60,000 nucleotides of DNA from Malacoraja senta (Eukaryota). The notes under the pieces were generated by a model. The model ran no database searches and was not told where the DNA came from. It worked only from the letters and a program-made list of their open reading frames with translations. The stretch spans positions 20,152,001-20,212,000 of the forward strand of contig CM075988.1 in the NCBI GenBank assembly GCA_038087875.1, in the 5' to 3' direction. Position numbers and translations under genes: made by a program. Positions within the stretch are counted from its first letter, which is position 1, and each line of letters opens with the position of its first letter. Below are positions 24,788 through 37,515 of the stretch, piece after piece.

Positions 24788-25990
24788 AGGACAGCACAGT
24801 GGTGCAGCAGTAGAGTTGCTGCCTTACAGCACTTGCAGCGCCAGGGACTCGGGTTTGATCCAGACTACGGGTGCTGTGTGTATGGATTTTGTACGTTCTC
24901 CCCGTGACCGTGTGGGTTTTCTCCAAGATCTTCTTTCCTCTCATACTCCAAAGACGTACAGGTTTGTAGGTTAATTCAATTCAATTCAATTATTATTTAT
25001 TTGTCATTTGGACAAATTTGTCATTTGGACCCCTTGAGGTCCAAACGAAATATCGTTTCTGCAGCCATACATTACAAAACGAAGAAGACCCGAGACACAA
25101 CACAATTTACACATACATCCATCACAGCGCTGTGATGGAAGGCAAAAAAACGTATCTCTCCACTGCACTCCCCCCCCCCGGATGTCAGAGTCAAAGTCAA
25201 AGCCCCCGGCGGGCGATGGTGATTAACCCGCGGCCATTGAAGCCACGCCGGGTAATGCAAGGTCTTGGTGTTAGAGCCCCGGCGCACGCTTGCAAAGTCC
25301 CGCGGCCATTCCAAGCCGCGCGGGGCGACGATGTAAAGTCCCGCTTCAGGTGCTCTTCAACCCCGCAACTCGGTCGGGAGAAGTCGTCGCTGCGGAAGTC
25401 CCGAAAAGCGGTCTCCCACCAGGGACCCGCGGGCTTCCGGTGTTGCCGTCCGCCAGACCCGCGGTTGCAGCCCCCGAATCTCCGGGGGTCGGGTAGCAGC
25501 AGCGCTCCACCACAGCTCCACCCGCTCCGGACTCGGCCAGCCCCGTGACGGTGAGTAGTCCGCAGTTCCGCAACTGGAGCCCCAGGTCGTTCCTGCTGGA
25601 GGCCGCTCCACGTTGCCCAGCCCCAACGACAACGGAGACCCGACAAAGAAAAGGTCGGGTCTCCCGTACAGGGGAAAGATTTTAAAGTCCCGTCCCCCCA
25701 CCCCCACCCCCACCCCCACCCCACCCCCCCACACACACATACCCCGACAAAAAAAACCCCCAAAAAACATTAAAACGAGACAAAAATAATAAAAAGACAG
25801 ACGGACTGCAGAGGCCGCTGCTGACGAGAATCGCGCCGCCCATCGGGCTTAGTAGAAATTGGCTTAGTAGAAATGTAAATTGTCCCGAATGTGTGTAGGG
25901 TAGTGTTAATGTGGGGATCGCTGGTCGGTGTGGACTCGGTGGGCCGAAGGACCTGTTTCTGTGCCGTATCTCTAAATATAAAACTAAATT
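24788..25990 (+). mobile_element. tRNA-derived SINE interrupted by retroposon copy C
   Basis: Head and core at 24788-24976, tail at 25846-25990. Confidence 0.8.
24975..25842 (-). mobile_element. Non-coding GC-rich retroposon, copy C, inserted in a SINE
   Basis: (TTCAA)n tail at the left end; colinear with copy B; splits the SINE at ggttaatt/ggctt. Confidence 0.75.
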
Positions 25991-26239
25991 TGTGGCAGAA
26001 ATATTTTAATGCCTTTAAATTGGGACATCCCAAGAAACCAATGCAAATCAGACTTCCTTTTCTCTAATTTTGTCTGTGGTTGCTTATACTTTTAAGCAAT
26101 GGGATTTTGATGCTTTCTGATTTTAACACAAGTATAATAGATCTAAATGTCATCAATTACTATTGGCAAAATTATTAAAATTATTTTCAATGGGGATTAA
26201 TAATGTTTTTCCCAGTAATAGATTTTTGTTGGTTTCCAG

Positions 26240-26340
26240 ATATCAAAGGCCCAAAGAAACTATTTCCAGATTTGCCATTTGGAAATATGGACACTGACAA
26301 AGTTGAGGCTCGAAAAAGTCTCCTTGAGACATTTCTGAAG
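26240..26340 (+). CDS. SNX19: SNX19 exon 3 (PX domain)
   Basis: ttccAG / GTAGGA; IKGPKKLFPDLPFGNMDTDKVEARKSLLETFLK. Confidence 0.95.
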
Positions 26341-26418
26341 GTAGGAACAAACTAATGCATGTATCATCCTCGATGAGGGAGGTGTTTCCATCTGGTCACC
26401 CATCAAGGCTTATACCCA

Positions 26419-26515
26419 GAAGATAGACACATAATGCTGCAGTAACTCAGTGGGACAGGTAGCATCTCTCTATTGAAGGACTGGGTGAAGTTTCAGATCG
26501 AGACCCTTCTTCTGA
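26419..26515 (-). mobile_element. Penelope-derived 97-bp mini-insertion
   Basis: 10-bp TSD cttataccca (26409-26418, 26516-26525); degenerate core. Confidence 0.8.
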
Positions 26516-26674
26516 CTTATACCCACTCTCCCACAGGAATTTCTCATGCAGACTGTGTTTAATGGTGTCGTAGAAATTGCATAAAGCATCTAAATTTAGA
26601 TCACAGAATACTTTAGAATGGCCATTTTAATCAGCTCGTTAACAATTTGGCTGAGTAAACTGTGGCTTACAAAA

Positions 26675-27112
26675 ATAGACAATAGACAATAGGTGCAGGA
26701 GTAGGCCATTTGGCCCTTCGATGTTCAATGTGATCATGGCTGATACTCCCCAATGAGTACCCCGTTCCTGCCTTCTCCCCATATCCCCTGACTCCGCTAT
26801 TTTTAAGAGCCCTATCTAGCTCTATCTTGAAAGCATCCAGAGAACCTGCCTCCCCCGCCCTCTGTGAGGCAGAGAATTCCACAGACTCACCACTCTCTGT
26901 GAGAAAAAGTGTTTCCTCGTCTCCGTTCTAAATGGCTTACTCCTTATTCTTAAACTTTGGCCCCTGGTTCTGGACTCCCCCAACATCGGGAACATGTTTC
27001 CTGCCTCTAGTGTGTCTAAGCCCTTAACAATCTTATATGTTTCAATGAGATACCCTCTCATCCTTCTAAACTCCAGAGTGTACAAGCCCAGCTGCTCCAT
27101 TCTCTCAGCATA
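26675..27112 (-). mobile_element. CR1 LINE 3' fragment
   Basis: LGLYTLEFRRMRGYLIETYKI...HFFSQRVV; (AATAGAC)n tail. Confidence 0.9.
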
Positions 27113-27538
27113 CTCAGCAATATTACTGGAATCTGGCCTGCATCATTGCATTGCACAAAGAGTAATAGTGAGAGGTGGTTTCTCTTGGAATTTTTATGTT
27201 GGACTCCATCCATAGAAAGATAGTCTCCCTGGAGCCAACAGGGGACTTGAAGTATAAATAGAACCTTTCTGCAATTATATAGGGCTTGGTTAATATTGAA
27301 CTATTATATTGAATAACAGAGCAGACGGAGGGGGAATCTTTACTTCTATTTTTGTATTTAATTACAGCTTCCTTGTGTATCAAATTGCTTATCATAGTTT
27401 ACTTTTGTGAACTATTTTTTGGAACTGAAACTTAAGGAAAAGTTATATTTTCTAATTGCGGTCGCTAACTTGTGTCATCATTTTTTTGTATTATGTATTG
27501 ATTATGTAAGAAAATAAGGTTTTCTTCTTCCAATGCAG

Positions 27539-27655
27539 CAACTTTGTGCCATTCCTGAAAGTGCGTACTCTGAGGAGATGCAGGAATTCCTGGCCCTCAA
27601 CACCGATGCCAGGATTGCTTTTGTGAAGAAGTCCTTTGTGTCCAGGATTGACAAG
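27539..27655 (+). CDS. SNX19: SNX19 exon 4
   Basis: tgcAG / GTTATT; QLCAIPESAYSEEMQEFLALNTDARIAFVKKSFVSRIDK. Confidence 0.95.
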
Positions 27656-27857
27656 GTTATTACTATTTGGGAACATTTTTATTGATCATCCTCTCTTCGA
27701 GAGCCCTTTTATTTATATGCTTTTAACGGAAAGCTGTGAGTTATAGGTCAACATGTACTTGTTTATGTTTTTGCTGGGTCCAAATCGAACTGCTGATGTC
27801 CTTCCAGCAGGTTAGTTCTTCGTATATGTTGTGCGTAGAGTTCAGAAACAAGATTAA

Positions 27858-28215
27858 AGGTGGCACAGCTGCAGTGAACCTAGGTTCGATCCAAATCTTT
27901 GGTGTTCGGTAGCAATTTTATATGTTTTCCCTGTGATTATGTTGGTTTCCTAGGTTCGATCCAAATCTTTGGTGTTCAGTAGCAATTTTATATGTTTTCC
28001 CTGTGATTATGTTGGTTACAAATTCCTTGGATGTGAATACTTGGCCAATAAACTTACTTACTTTCCACCGATGCTCCTGTTTCCTCCCACATCCCAAAGA
28101 TGTGCTGGTTTGTAGGTTTCTCCCATTATAGGCAGATGGTTAGAGAAGCAGAGGTGAATAAGAATAGGTTACAGGGAAATAAATCAGGCAATGGGATTGC
28201 TGTTAGAGCCAGCAT
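27858..28215 (+). mobile_element. Degraded tRNA SINE with an internal 70-bp tandem duplication
   Basis: ggtggcacag head, ggttcgatcc B box duplicated at a 70-bp spacing. Confidence 0.6.
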
Positions 28216-29008
28216 AGATGGAAATACTGAGAATATTGGAAGTTAGATACAGCTGCACCAGTGGATTTATCACCAAGTCTGGGGATGGAGCACTCCATAC
28301 CCAAGTCATAGAGTAATCCAGCATGGAAACAGGCCTTTCAGCCCAACATGCCAATCATGACGCCGCATCTAAGATAGTCCTATTTACTCACTTTTGGCCC
28401 ATATCCCTCTAAACCTTTCCTATCCATGTACCTGTCTGAAGTAGCAGACCAGACCTGAGGTCCAGCAGTTTGGATTTACACTGAGGATGGCAGACAAATG
28501 TGTGACAACCGCATTTGAATGCAGTCACTGACCTTGACTGGTTTGTATAGTCTTTTTTGTTTTATCATAATTTTATTTTATCACTTAAGTTGTGGTTGAT
28601 TTAGATGTTTTTATGTAAGTTTATTGTTTAATTAAAAACCCCATCTAATTTATGTCTGCAAACATTTCCCATTATCAGATAACCAAGAACAGTCCAAAGG
28701 TCCAAAGGCCATTGACAGACTGTCAAAGGCCATCGAGGCAATCCAGAGATGCAGCCTCAGGATCTGACACATTAAGTTAATTGTTAATGGGTATAACTGC
28801 ATCATAAGGGTGGGCTGCTGCAGCCAACATCCAGCTTTATTGCAGAACAATGAAAAGTAAACGTGGCTATGGAGAAATCCAAAATGGTTGCTGATTGTCT
28901 GATTGGGCCATTCTTAGCATTAGGGGTTCATGCTAGTGATGAATTTTAATTGTGTTGATGAGACCATTTGCCAGGGGGTTGTATTAGCATGGTCTGTCTT
29001 TCTTGCAG

Positions 29009-29139
29009 ATTGTCGTTAGTGCAATTGTGGATACATTGAAGACAGCATTCCCCCGAACAGACCCCCAGAGTCCTACTGAGGAATTGGGAGAGTGCGAAAC
29101 AGATTGCAAGTTCCAAGGAGATGGAAAGAAAGCCAACAA
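29009..29139 (+). CDS. SNX19: SNX19 exon 5
   Basis: ttgcAG / GTGGGT; IVVSAIVDTLKTAFPRTDPQSPTEEL. Confidence 0.95.
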
Positions 29140-29658
29140 GTGGGTATCTGTAAAACACATTAAAGATCCTTAATCTGGAGACTGAAGAAGGGTCCATGTT
29201 CTCCAGAGATGCTGCCTGACCCGCTGCTTTACTCCAGCACTTTGTGTCGTCTTTTGTAAACCAGCGTCTGCTTTTCCTTGTTTCTACAAAGACTTTTTAA
29301 ATATTTGCAGATTTTTGCATCTCTCAAGTGATTGTTCGTTTTTCTCATTGTTTCTATAAAAACAAACAGGAAAATGTTCTGCTTTATTGCAAGAGGCAAA
29401 AGCACATTTTCATTTGTCACTTAACAACCTCGATGCACCAAACAAAATATTTTATCTGATTGTAATCTCTCATGAAATATTTCAAGCCATAAAGGTTTCT
29501 GTGTTAATCATGTGTGCATATTCCAGACTTTATTTTGTGCTGTAAAATATTTTTAAAAAATTAATTACAAATCATGCATATTACTTCCTGGTTAGTTGTG
29601 AGTTTTTAGCAGTGACATTCGCTTCATGTCCAATCAACAGACATCGTAAAGAGAAATG

Positions 29659-29894
29659 TGTATGATGGAACTGCAGATGCTGGATTATACTGAAGATAGA
29701 CACAAAATGCTGGAGTAACTCAGCGGGAGAGGCAGCATCTCTGCAAAGAAGGAATGGATGACGTTTTGGCTCGAGAACAGTCTAAAGAAAGGTCTCGACC
29801 TGAAGGGTCTCAATCCAAAATGTCAGCCATTCCTTCTATCCAGAGATGTTGCCTATCCCGTTGAGTTACTCCAGCATTTTGTGTCTATCTTCGG
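29659..29894. mobile_element. Fold-back pair of Penelope-derived repeats
   Basis: gaagatagacacaaaatgctggagtaactca ... tgagttactccagcattttgtgtctatcttc inverted arms; imperfect TSD aaagagaaatg / aaagggaaatg. Confidence 0.75.
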
Positions 29895-30113
29895 AAAGGG
29901 AAATGCTAGGTGATAGAAATTAATATTTCTAGTCGGGACCTTTCTTCAGACAAACGTTATCTGTCTTTTCCCTCCATACATGTTGCCTGCCCTGCTGAGT
30001 TCCCCCTGCACTTTGTTTTTTTGTTCAATATTCCAGCATCTGCAGATTTTTCTTGTCCCCACAGAAATTGATACTTTTCTTTTAATTGAAGCTGTTAATT
30101 TTTTTTCTTTCAG

Positions 30114-30207
30114 ATCCCGTCTAAGGTTTGCCTCCAGTAAGATTGCTCCGGTACTAAGTGTTGGAGACATTCAAACAAAAATCACATACTGCTACAATGA
30201 AAATGCT
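30114..30207 (+). CDS. SNX19: SNX19 exon 6
   Basis: tttcAG / GTAAGT; SRLRFASSKIAPVLSVGDIQTKITYCYNENA. Confidence 0.93.
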
Positions 30208-30937
30208 GTAAGTCTCTGGTTTTCTTTTTTATTTCTGCAATAAAACTGAATATTGAAAGTTATTCATTATTTCCATGTACAGTCCATGAAAGATCTGACC
30301 AAAAATAATATTATCAGTCGTTTCTGGTATTTATTTCATTTCCAGATAATGTTGCTCACTTGGATTCCGAATATACTTAAAACACATGATGTATATTTTT
30401 GTTTTGATTACCCTCTGGCTTGAACGCTGGCCAGGCAGTTTAGTGAAAAATATACCAGACTTATTATAGCTAGAGAGACTTGTGTTGTCCATTGTGTAGT
30501 CGGAACTAACCCTGAAAGGTTACCATCTTCTATTGAACCAGATGCCAAAACATTGGGAGTTTTGAATTCAGATAGCAAATACAATCAAACCCAATATTAA
30601 ATCCCCAAAATTGATCAACTCAGCTTTCCTTAAAAAAAGGAGGCAACATTTTTAGTTGAGGAAATGTGCATTCTCCTTTCACTCCTCTCCACTGGTAAAA
30701 TGACATTGCCTTGGCCCTGGGAGAAGTGTCTGCTCTGAGGGTATCAATGGTACACTTAGCTTCAGGCTTTGATGAGTTAACGTAAAAGGGACATTTTCAT
30801 CTAATGACATTTGCAGAAAATGAACTATAAATTAAATACCACATTTCCTGAAAGTATTTTATGTCTGGAGTTACAGAGGGTGAAAAATGCAACTCTTAAT
30901 AAACAGGCACGTTACCAAAGGGCAGTAAATATAAACT

Positions 30938-31031
30938 TTTGCAAAACACAAAGTGCTGGAGGAACTCAGGAGGTCAGGCAATATCTGTGGAGGGAATGGA
31001 CAGACGATGTTTCGGGTCAGGACTCCTCGTG
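30938..31031 (-). mobile_element. Penelope-derived 94-bp mini-insertion
   Basis: 11-bp TSD aaatataaact (30927-30937, 31032-31042). Confidence 0.75.
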
Positions 31032-34000
31032 AAATATAAACTGTTCTTCAAGACTATCACTTACACACAGGGTGTTATACTGAGTTCGCTTTTTGAGTTT
31101 GTTACAAATGCCAAAGTAGGTGTTATGCTCCATATTTCAATGAGATGATGATAATTAAAAAATTGGCTGCGTATTTATGTTAATTTATAAGTGTAATAGT
31201 ATCGTACAAATTTATGGCACAATATGAGACTCTTCAGCTCAATGTGCCATGTCAGCCAAAGTGGTGTGATTTAGATTCCTTCCACTCCCAGCTCTCACTC
31301 CATAGCCTTGTAGGATTTTGTGATGTATGAATAGATGTTATACATGCATTATACAGTCAAAATTCAGGCATAAATCCAATGTTCTATAGCATTGTATTTG
31401 CAAAATGCAAAAAGAAAACAATCAGAAAGAACTGTAAGGTTATATTGCTGAGGAAAAATAGTTTGATGCATTTTTTTAGATATTGCAGCACTAGTTTGAA
31501 TAATCCAATGTTTCCTGAATGGATCATTGGGCCGTCTGGGTTGCAGGTGGCAATGACTTTGGATATTTTACTCCATCTGTATTCCAACAATTTCTCTTGC
31601 TTTCATTTCTTGTGGTATTAAGTATCTCGTTTTCACGAGCTGGCTCAAGTGGCAAAATCTGTTTGGTTTGCATTCAGAACAAATAAAGTTTTATTTGGTA
31701 CTGGAAAAGCCTTCCAGTGTTTTTATTGCCTGTACCGGTGATGCTATTAATACAGCGTATTTATCTACAACATGCCTAATGTATATTCCATATGCCACTC
31801 GTATTGAACCTTTGGTGATATAAATTACTGGTTGGGCTTGTATGTTTTGAGTGATTTTTTATCTGAAACGCATGTTATACTTTATGTGCCTTATAACGTG
31901 CTCATACATTGGGTAATGAAGGTGGGTACTCTATTCAATTACTTACGCAATGCCAGCAGCAGTGCATTGCAAGGTGTCTTCAATTGTGCTGCAGCTAAGG
32001 TTAAGTTCAGGTCTTTCAAAAATTTGTTTGTCTTTACAGCACACAATGGAAACAGGTTTTCATGCTGCTGTGCTTAATAACAATGAGTTATAGATTTTTA
32101 ACTCTAATTCATTGTTACTTGAAACATGATCAATTAGACAGCGCAACAAAGAGACTACAAAACCAGTTAGTCAGATTGATCTGTTTGCGGCATTTCATAG
32201 TAAAACGGCAGGCAGCCTGGTTGATAGGGAACATTACAAAGAACTATTTGTTGCTTGTTCAGTAGTAAATATTTAGCATATTTAGTGTGTTTATATAATT
32301 TAGTTCACAATGAAAAAGATTTATTAACCAACACGTGGGTAAATTTTGTGACCCCTCTGTTCCTTATTGTTCATTATGTTCGTAAAAATGTTAGAAAGAG
32401 GAATGGATCTTTTGGCTTAAAATTTAAATATTAAGATTGGCTTGAGATGGGAAAAAAGGTGCACAGTGAAAGAGTTGGGCCCAGTAAAAAAGGGTTGCCT
32501 GGCAAATTTACAACTCAAAATTGACATCTAACATGATACAAATAATACATGAATGGCAAAACATTCAGTTGATTGGATTGGAAATTATTTTTGCCCAGAG
32601 CTCGTCTCCAGCCATTAGGAAACATTTGAGAAATTTAGTAGGGCTGAGCACCATGCGATTTTTGGATGATATTGTTGCCCCAATTGATCAAAACATACCT
32701 TTAATATAGTACTCCATCTCTCTACCTCTCTAATTTTTGCCTGTAGCGTATTACGGCATTCAGCCAAATATGTTATGCCAGCTGTAATGGAGCTCAAAAA
32801 CTATGTTCTGAACAGAACTCAGAGCAAAACTTTAGCCATGAGTCTGGTAGCTCCTTCAGGCGCAGTGTAAAATTTTGCTTGGTTACTGCACTGATTAAAC
32901 ACCTAGGATATTATGTCAAAGCATTGCATAGTTGTTGTCCTCTCTGGTCCCAATTTAAAAGTGATGGTTTCAAGATAATGTGGGTAATTAACAAAATTGT
33001 TTCATGCTTATTTCAGCATCCAAGCACTGTCTGAAAGGCATTGAGCATTGCCATATGTAATAAGGCATTTGGAATACAAGTGTAATAAATCATTTTAACA
33101 GTCAATAAAGATCAAAAGGCAACTATAAACTGGAGGAGAGGAATCCAGCTTGTTGGCGTCAACACTGACGTCACAATGGCCGCTGGATACAGTCAGGGAA
33201 AGTTCATCCATTTGAAAATCTGTCTGTGAACCTTCAGCCTTTGTAGACCATTCTGATTTATTTCATTGTTCCCATCTCAGTTAGCAGGGAGAAAGGCAAT
33301 GAACTCAACCCCGTCCTTGTCAACTGAGCTTTAAAAAAAAAAGTAAATGAGCTGCAAGTGTACATGTATTTTTCATGGATAAACTCAGACTATTAAATTA
33401 AATTGCTGCTGCATTCCAATGCTTTTATGCTGAGAATTGAATGTGGCTGCAAATTAATTGGAATTGTATAGGTTAATTCAGAATAACACCTTTATCGCTG
33501 AATTGGAAGGCACGGAAATCAAGTTCCATTTCAGAACTTGTACATAGAATTTGGGATAATACAGTATTTTAGGATGTGTGGCCTGGTGTGCCATCTTTTG
33601 AATACAATGTTAAAACTAGGTTTGATATGTATGCTTAGATTATAACTGAATCCTGGAGTCAAAGTGATTGTCGTTGACTCCAAGGTAGCATTTGACTGAT
33701 TATGGCATTGAGAGGCCTTTGGCGGGTGCCTGGAACGTGCTGCCAGGGATAGTGGTGGAGGTAGAGACAAAAGTAGCATATAAGATGCTTTTAGACAGGC
33801 ACATGGATATGCAGGGAAATAAGGAAATGGAACATGTGGAGGCAGATGAACTTCACACACGATAGTGGCACTTAAGAGGCTTTTAGATAGGCACGTGGCA
33901 ATGCAAGGTATTAAAATCTGTAATTTAGCAAGGAGAGTACCAAATATTTTTCAGTGGAAACAAAATTCTTTCTGGAAGGGAATATTCAGCTGTTAAGTAG

Positions 34001-34299
34001 TTATGACTCTTATTCTACCATGTACTCAAATGGTTACATAAGATTTTTGAATGAGCAGAAATCTTATAATTAGCTTTGGAAAAACTGAATTTGCATTGCC
34101 ACTCCGTAAATTTTGATTGCCCTTTATCTAGTATTTCACTCTTATTGTACACATAGACATGCTCGCATATTGTTAACATTATTGGTCACATTACATATTT
34201 TTAAATGATATCTATTAAATTAACTTTTGGGAGAAATATGTTGTTGAATAATTTTGCCAGAATATGATCTTGTTATTATGTAACTATGGTTTTACTCAG

Positions 34300-34483
34300 T
34301 TATCCGAAGGTCTTTGCGCAGCAGGTATGGAGGACTTCATCTTGGAACAGGGAAAGCTACTGGGAAGAACGCATCTGAATGTGAAGGGAAGAATGTCCAA
34401 AGGGGATGCATTTAAAGAACATAATTACTCAGACAAGAAGCCGAAAAGCAGTGAGCCATCTTCCAACCAGCAATTTAATTGTG
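34300..34483 (+). CDS. SNX19: SNX19 exon 7
   Basis: actcAG / GTAAGC; LSEGLCAAGMEDFILEQGKLL, phase 0 to 1. Confidence 0.85.
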
Positions 34484-35934
34484 GTAAGCATTTGACCATA
34501 ACTACTCGCTAGTATTGTTTTGCATTGGCTCAACAATAGCAGCTGTTAAATAGGACCTTTAATGTAGCACGGCATTCAAAGGTCATTTGCACAAGCATTG
34601 TGACACATAAATAAATGGAGACGCAAAGAACTGCAGATGCTGAAATCTTGCGCAAAACACAATGTGCTGAAGCAGTTTAGCGGGGGTCAGGTAGCATCTG
34701 TGAAGGGAATGGCCATGCGGCGTTTTGGGTTGGGACCGTTCTGCAGGTCTGGAGGGGTTCCGACCCGAAATGTCGACAGGCCCATTCTCTCTACATATGC
34801 TGCCTGCCCCACTGATTTCGCCTAGCCATTTGTGTTATACATAAGTGTAAGTCAAAAGTCAATAACTTTGTGTTAGTCAAAAGTTAGACAAAGAGATGGG
34901 CTTTAAGAAGTATAGTGACTGTGATAAGAGAAGTGTAGAGGTGGAGAGTTTTACGTAGGGAATTCGATCTTATGGCCTGTCTAGTCTGGTTTCCTACACT
35001 GTTCCAACAAATATCAACATGAGTTCAAAGATAATTCCTCATCTTCGATTTATGAATGTTGTTGCCTTGGGATGCACTGTTGAATGCAACATTTTCAAAA
35101 AGCCATTCTTTCCTGTTGGTATCAGAACTGAAAAGTTCTGACATCGTTTACCACCTGAAACAACTCAATATTTTTTCACTTTACAGATATTACCTGATCT
35201 GCTTGGTATTTTCATGAATCTCTTTAGTTTACATTTTCAGCAGCTACTCTGTTCTAATAGTTCCAACATGCAATTTCTTGAGTCTTGTGTGTGCGAACTA
35301 GCTCTGATATTGTCCTTCCATATTGTTTTGAACTGTAGCAAAGCCTTTAATGACATTTTATTTTAGTTAACACAATTTGTACTGGCCTGATACATTTTGG
35401 GGACACGAAAGATTAGTAAAGTCAAGTCACATTTATTTATATAGCACATGTAAAAAACAACTCTCGTTGACCAAAGTGCTTTACATTTGTTATAAGAATA
35501 GTAGAAATGATGACACTGATTTATACTGTGACCAGTGATTCTGGGCGTAGCATTCTTGCCTCTGGGTTAGGCTCTGGATTAAGCATCAACATTTAGACTA
35601 ACATTCTGGTGATGTGCTAAGGAACTGGTCTTGTGTGGAAGTGAGGAATGTGCTGGTTGAGGTGTGAACTTTCAAATGAAACTTGGTTTAAAGTTGCAGT
35701 AGATGAATGTTGAACTTCTGGCAACATGTCAAAGAAGAGCAAGTGCTTTTACTGTTTTATTAACCTCCCTATTGTAATGAATTTATATGCCAATTGCCAT
35801 GTTGCTATTTGTCGGTAGCCATGGCACTTCTAGATTTGGATATTAGATTAGATATTAGAAGGGGCTGTGACCTAGATTTAAATAGAGAGTAGACTTCAAA
35901 ACTATTTCATTGGCTTTGCAAATTGAAAAAAAAA

Positions 35935-36336
35935 CCTTTAACTACCCCTCCCCATCCCATTCCCAATCTGACCTTTCTGTCCTGGGTCACCTCCATTGTC
36001 AGAGTGAGACCCAGTGCAAATTGGAGGAACAACACCTCATATTTTGCTTGGGTAGCTTACACCCCAGCGGTATGAACATTGACTTCCCTAACTTCGAGTA
36101 GCCCTTTCTTTCCCTCTCTCTCCATCCCCTCCCCCTTCCCAGTTCTCCCACCAGTCTTACTGTCTCTGACTGCATTCTATCTCTGTCCCGCCCACTCCCC
36201 TGACATCTGAAGATGGGTCTCGAACCGAAACGTCACCCATTCCTTCACTCCAGAGATGCTGCCTGCCCGCTGAGTTACTCCAACATTTTGTGTATATCTT
36301 CGATTTAAACCAGCATCTGCAGTTCTTTCCTGCACA
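35935..36336 (+). mobile_element. Penelope-like element 3' end (GIY-YIG C-terminus and terminal repeat with hammerhead-like core)
   Basis: SHSQSDLSVLG...LEEQHLIFCLGSLHPSGMNIDF; CTGAAGA at 36207 to GAAACGTC ending 36234. Confidence 0.85.
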
Positions 36337-36806
36337 TAATAAACACCTTTGTAAGTTTTTTTGTTTGTGCTTTACAGAATCTCCCAAATACACAAATCTC
36401 TATTAGGTGGAAGTATAACACTATTCTTACCAAACTAGGCATTCAACATAATGAACAACACAAACCATGTCCTCAAATAGTTCCTCCTATTTTGTCCAAA
36501 TGTTATTTATTACTCAGGAAGTTTAATAAATACATATTTTTTCACACATAGAAAAAGATTAAATATTTCTCATTGAATTTTTACAATTTTGGATTATTTT
36601 AACACATCTTTGTCTCTCCCTCAAAAAATGTAAATTAGATTCCATTTATCCTTAGAATGTTATTCCCTGCAACAGCATTCAGTAAAAGGAGCTTGCTTGA
36701 CAAAATATTTTTGAAATTTATTCCCATTTTCATTTTTCGGTGATTTATTTCTTGGGATTATGAACCCCCTAGAGGGGTCCTTTTAAAATTTATCAGAATG
36801 AAAGTA

Positions 36807-36982
36807 CAGTGCCCTCCATAATGTTTGGGACAAAGACCCATTGTTTATTTATTTGCCTCTGTACTCCACAATTTGAGATTTGTAATTTAAAAAAAAATCA
36901 CATGTGGTTAAAGTACACATTGTCAGATTTGATTAAAGAATATTTTTTATACATTTTGGTTTTACTATGTAGAAATTACAGC
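36807..36982 (+). mobile_element. Solo Tc1-like terminal inverted repeat
   Basis: TA/CAGTGCCCTCCATAATGTTTGGGACA; reverse-complement match to about 54340-54512. Confidence 0.85.
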
Positions 36983-37382
36983 TATGTTCATATATAGTAT
37001 ATTATATGCAAACAAATGCAATTTCTGTATCTCTGGTCAGAGGCCTGAATTTATTACACTTCCTAAAACTTATTAACACGTAATCTGTGGTCTTGACTCT
37101 CAGTCATGTTATGTTAAATTCTTAGCAAATAAATTAAATACTTGTAAGCAGACTACAAATGTATTAAATGTGCCTATTAGAAGTAAGCTCTGAAAAGTTT
37201 CTTAACACTCACATTATGATAAAAAATCTTTTCTTTATTAAGTTCTATGTTTTTATAGAATAGAATAGAATAACGTTTATTGTCATTTGAACCTAAGTTC
37301 AAACAAAATTACGTTTATTGTGATCTTGTTTATTTATTGTGATCTTGTAAAGTGCATTTATTTTCATTTCCATTTTGGACAG

Positions 37383-37515
37383 AGGATTCTGAAACAGTCT
37401 TGGCAGATATAGCACTGGATCTTCTGTGCTTATTGATGAAAGACCACTGGAGCTGGATGTGTAGTGAGAACATGCAAAAGTTTATCCGACTGCTGTGTGG
37501 GACCCTGATAGAAAG
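37383..37515 (+). CDS. SNX19: SNX19 exon 8 (start of the PXC/Nexin_C region)
   Basis: gacAG / GTTAGT; DSETVLADIALDLLCLLMKDHWSWMCSENMQKFIRLLCGTLIER. Confidence 0.93.

Noticed and set aside
31600..33500. Repeat-poor intronic stretch as a conserved enhancer (TGACGTCA near 33166)
   Set aside because: Cannot be supported without cross-species alignment; short motifs occur by chance.
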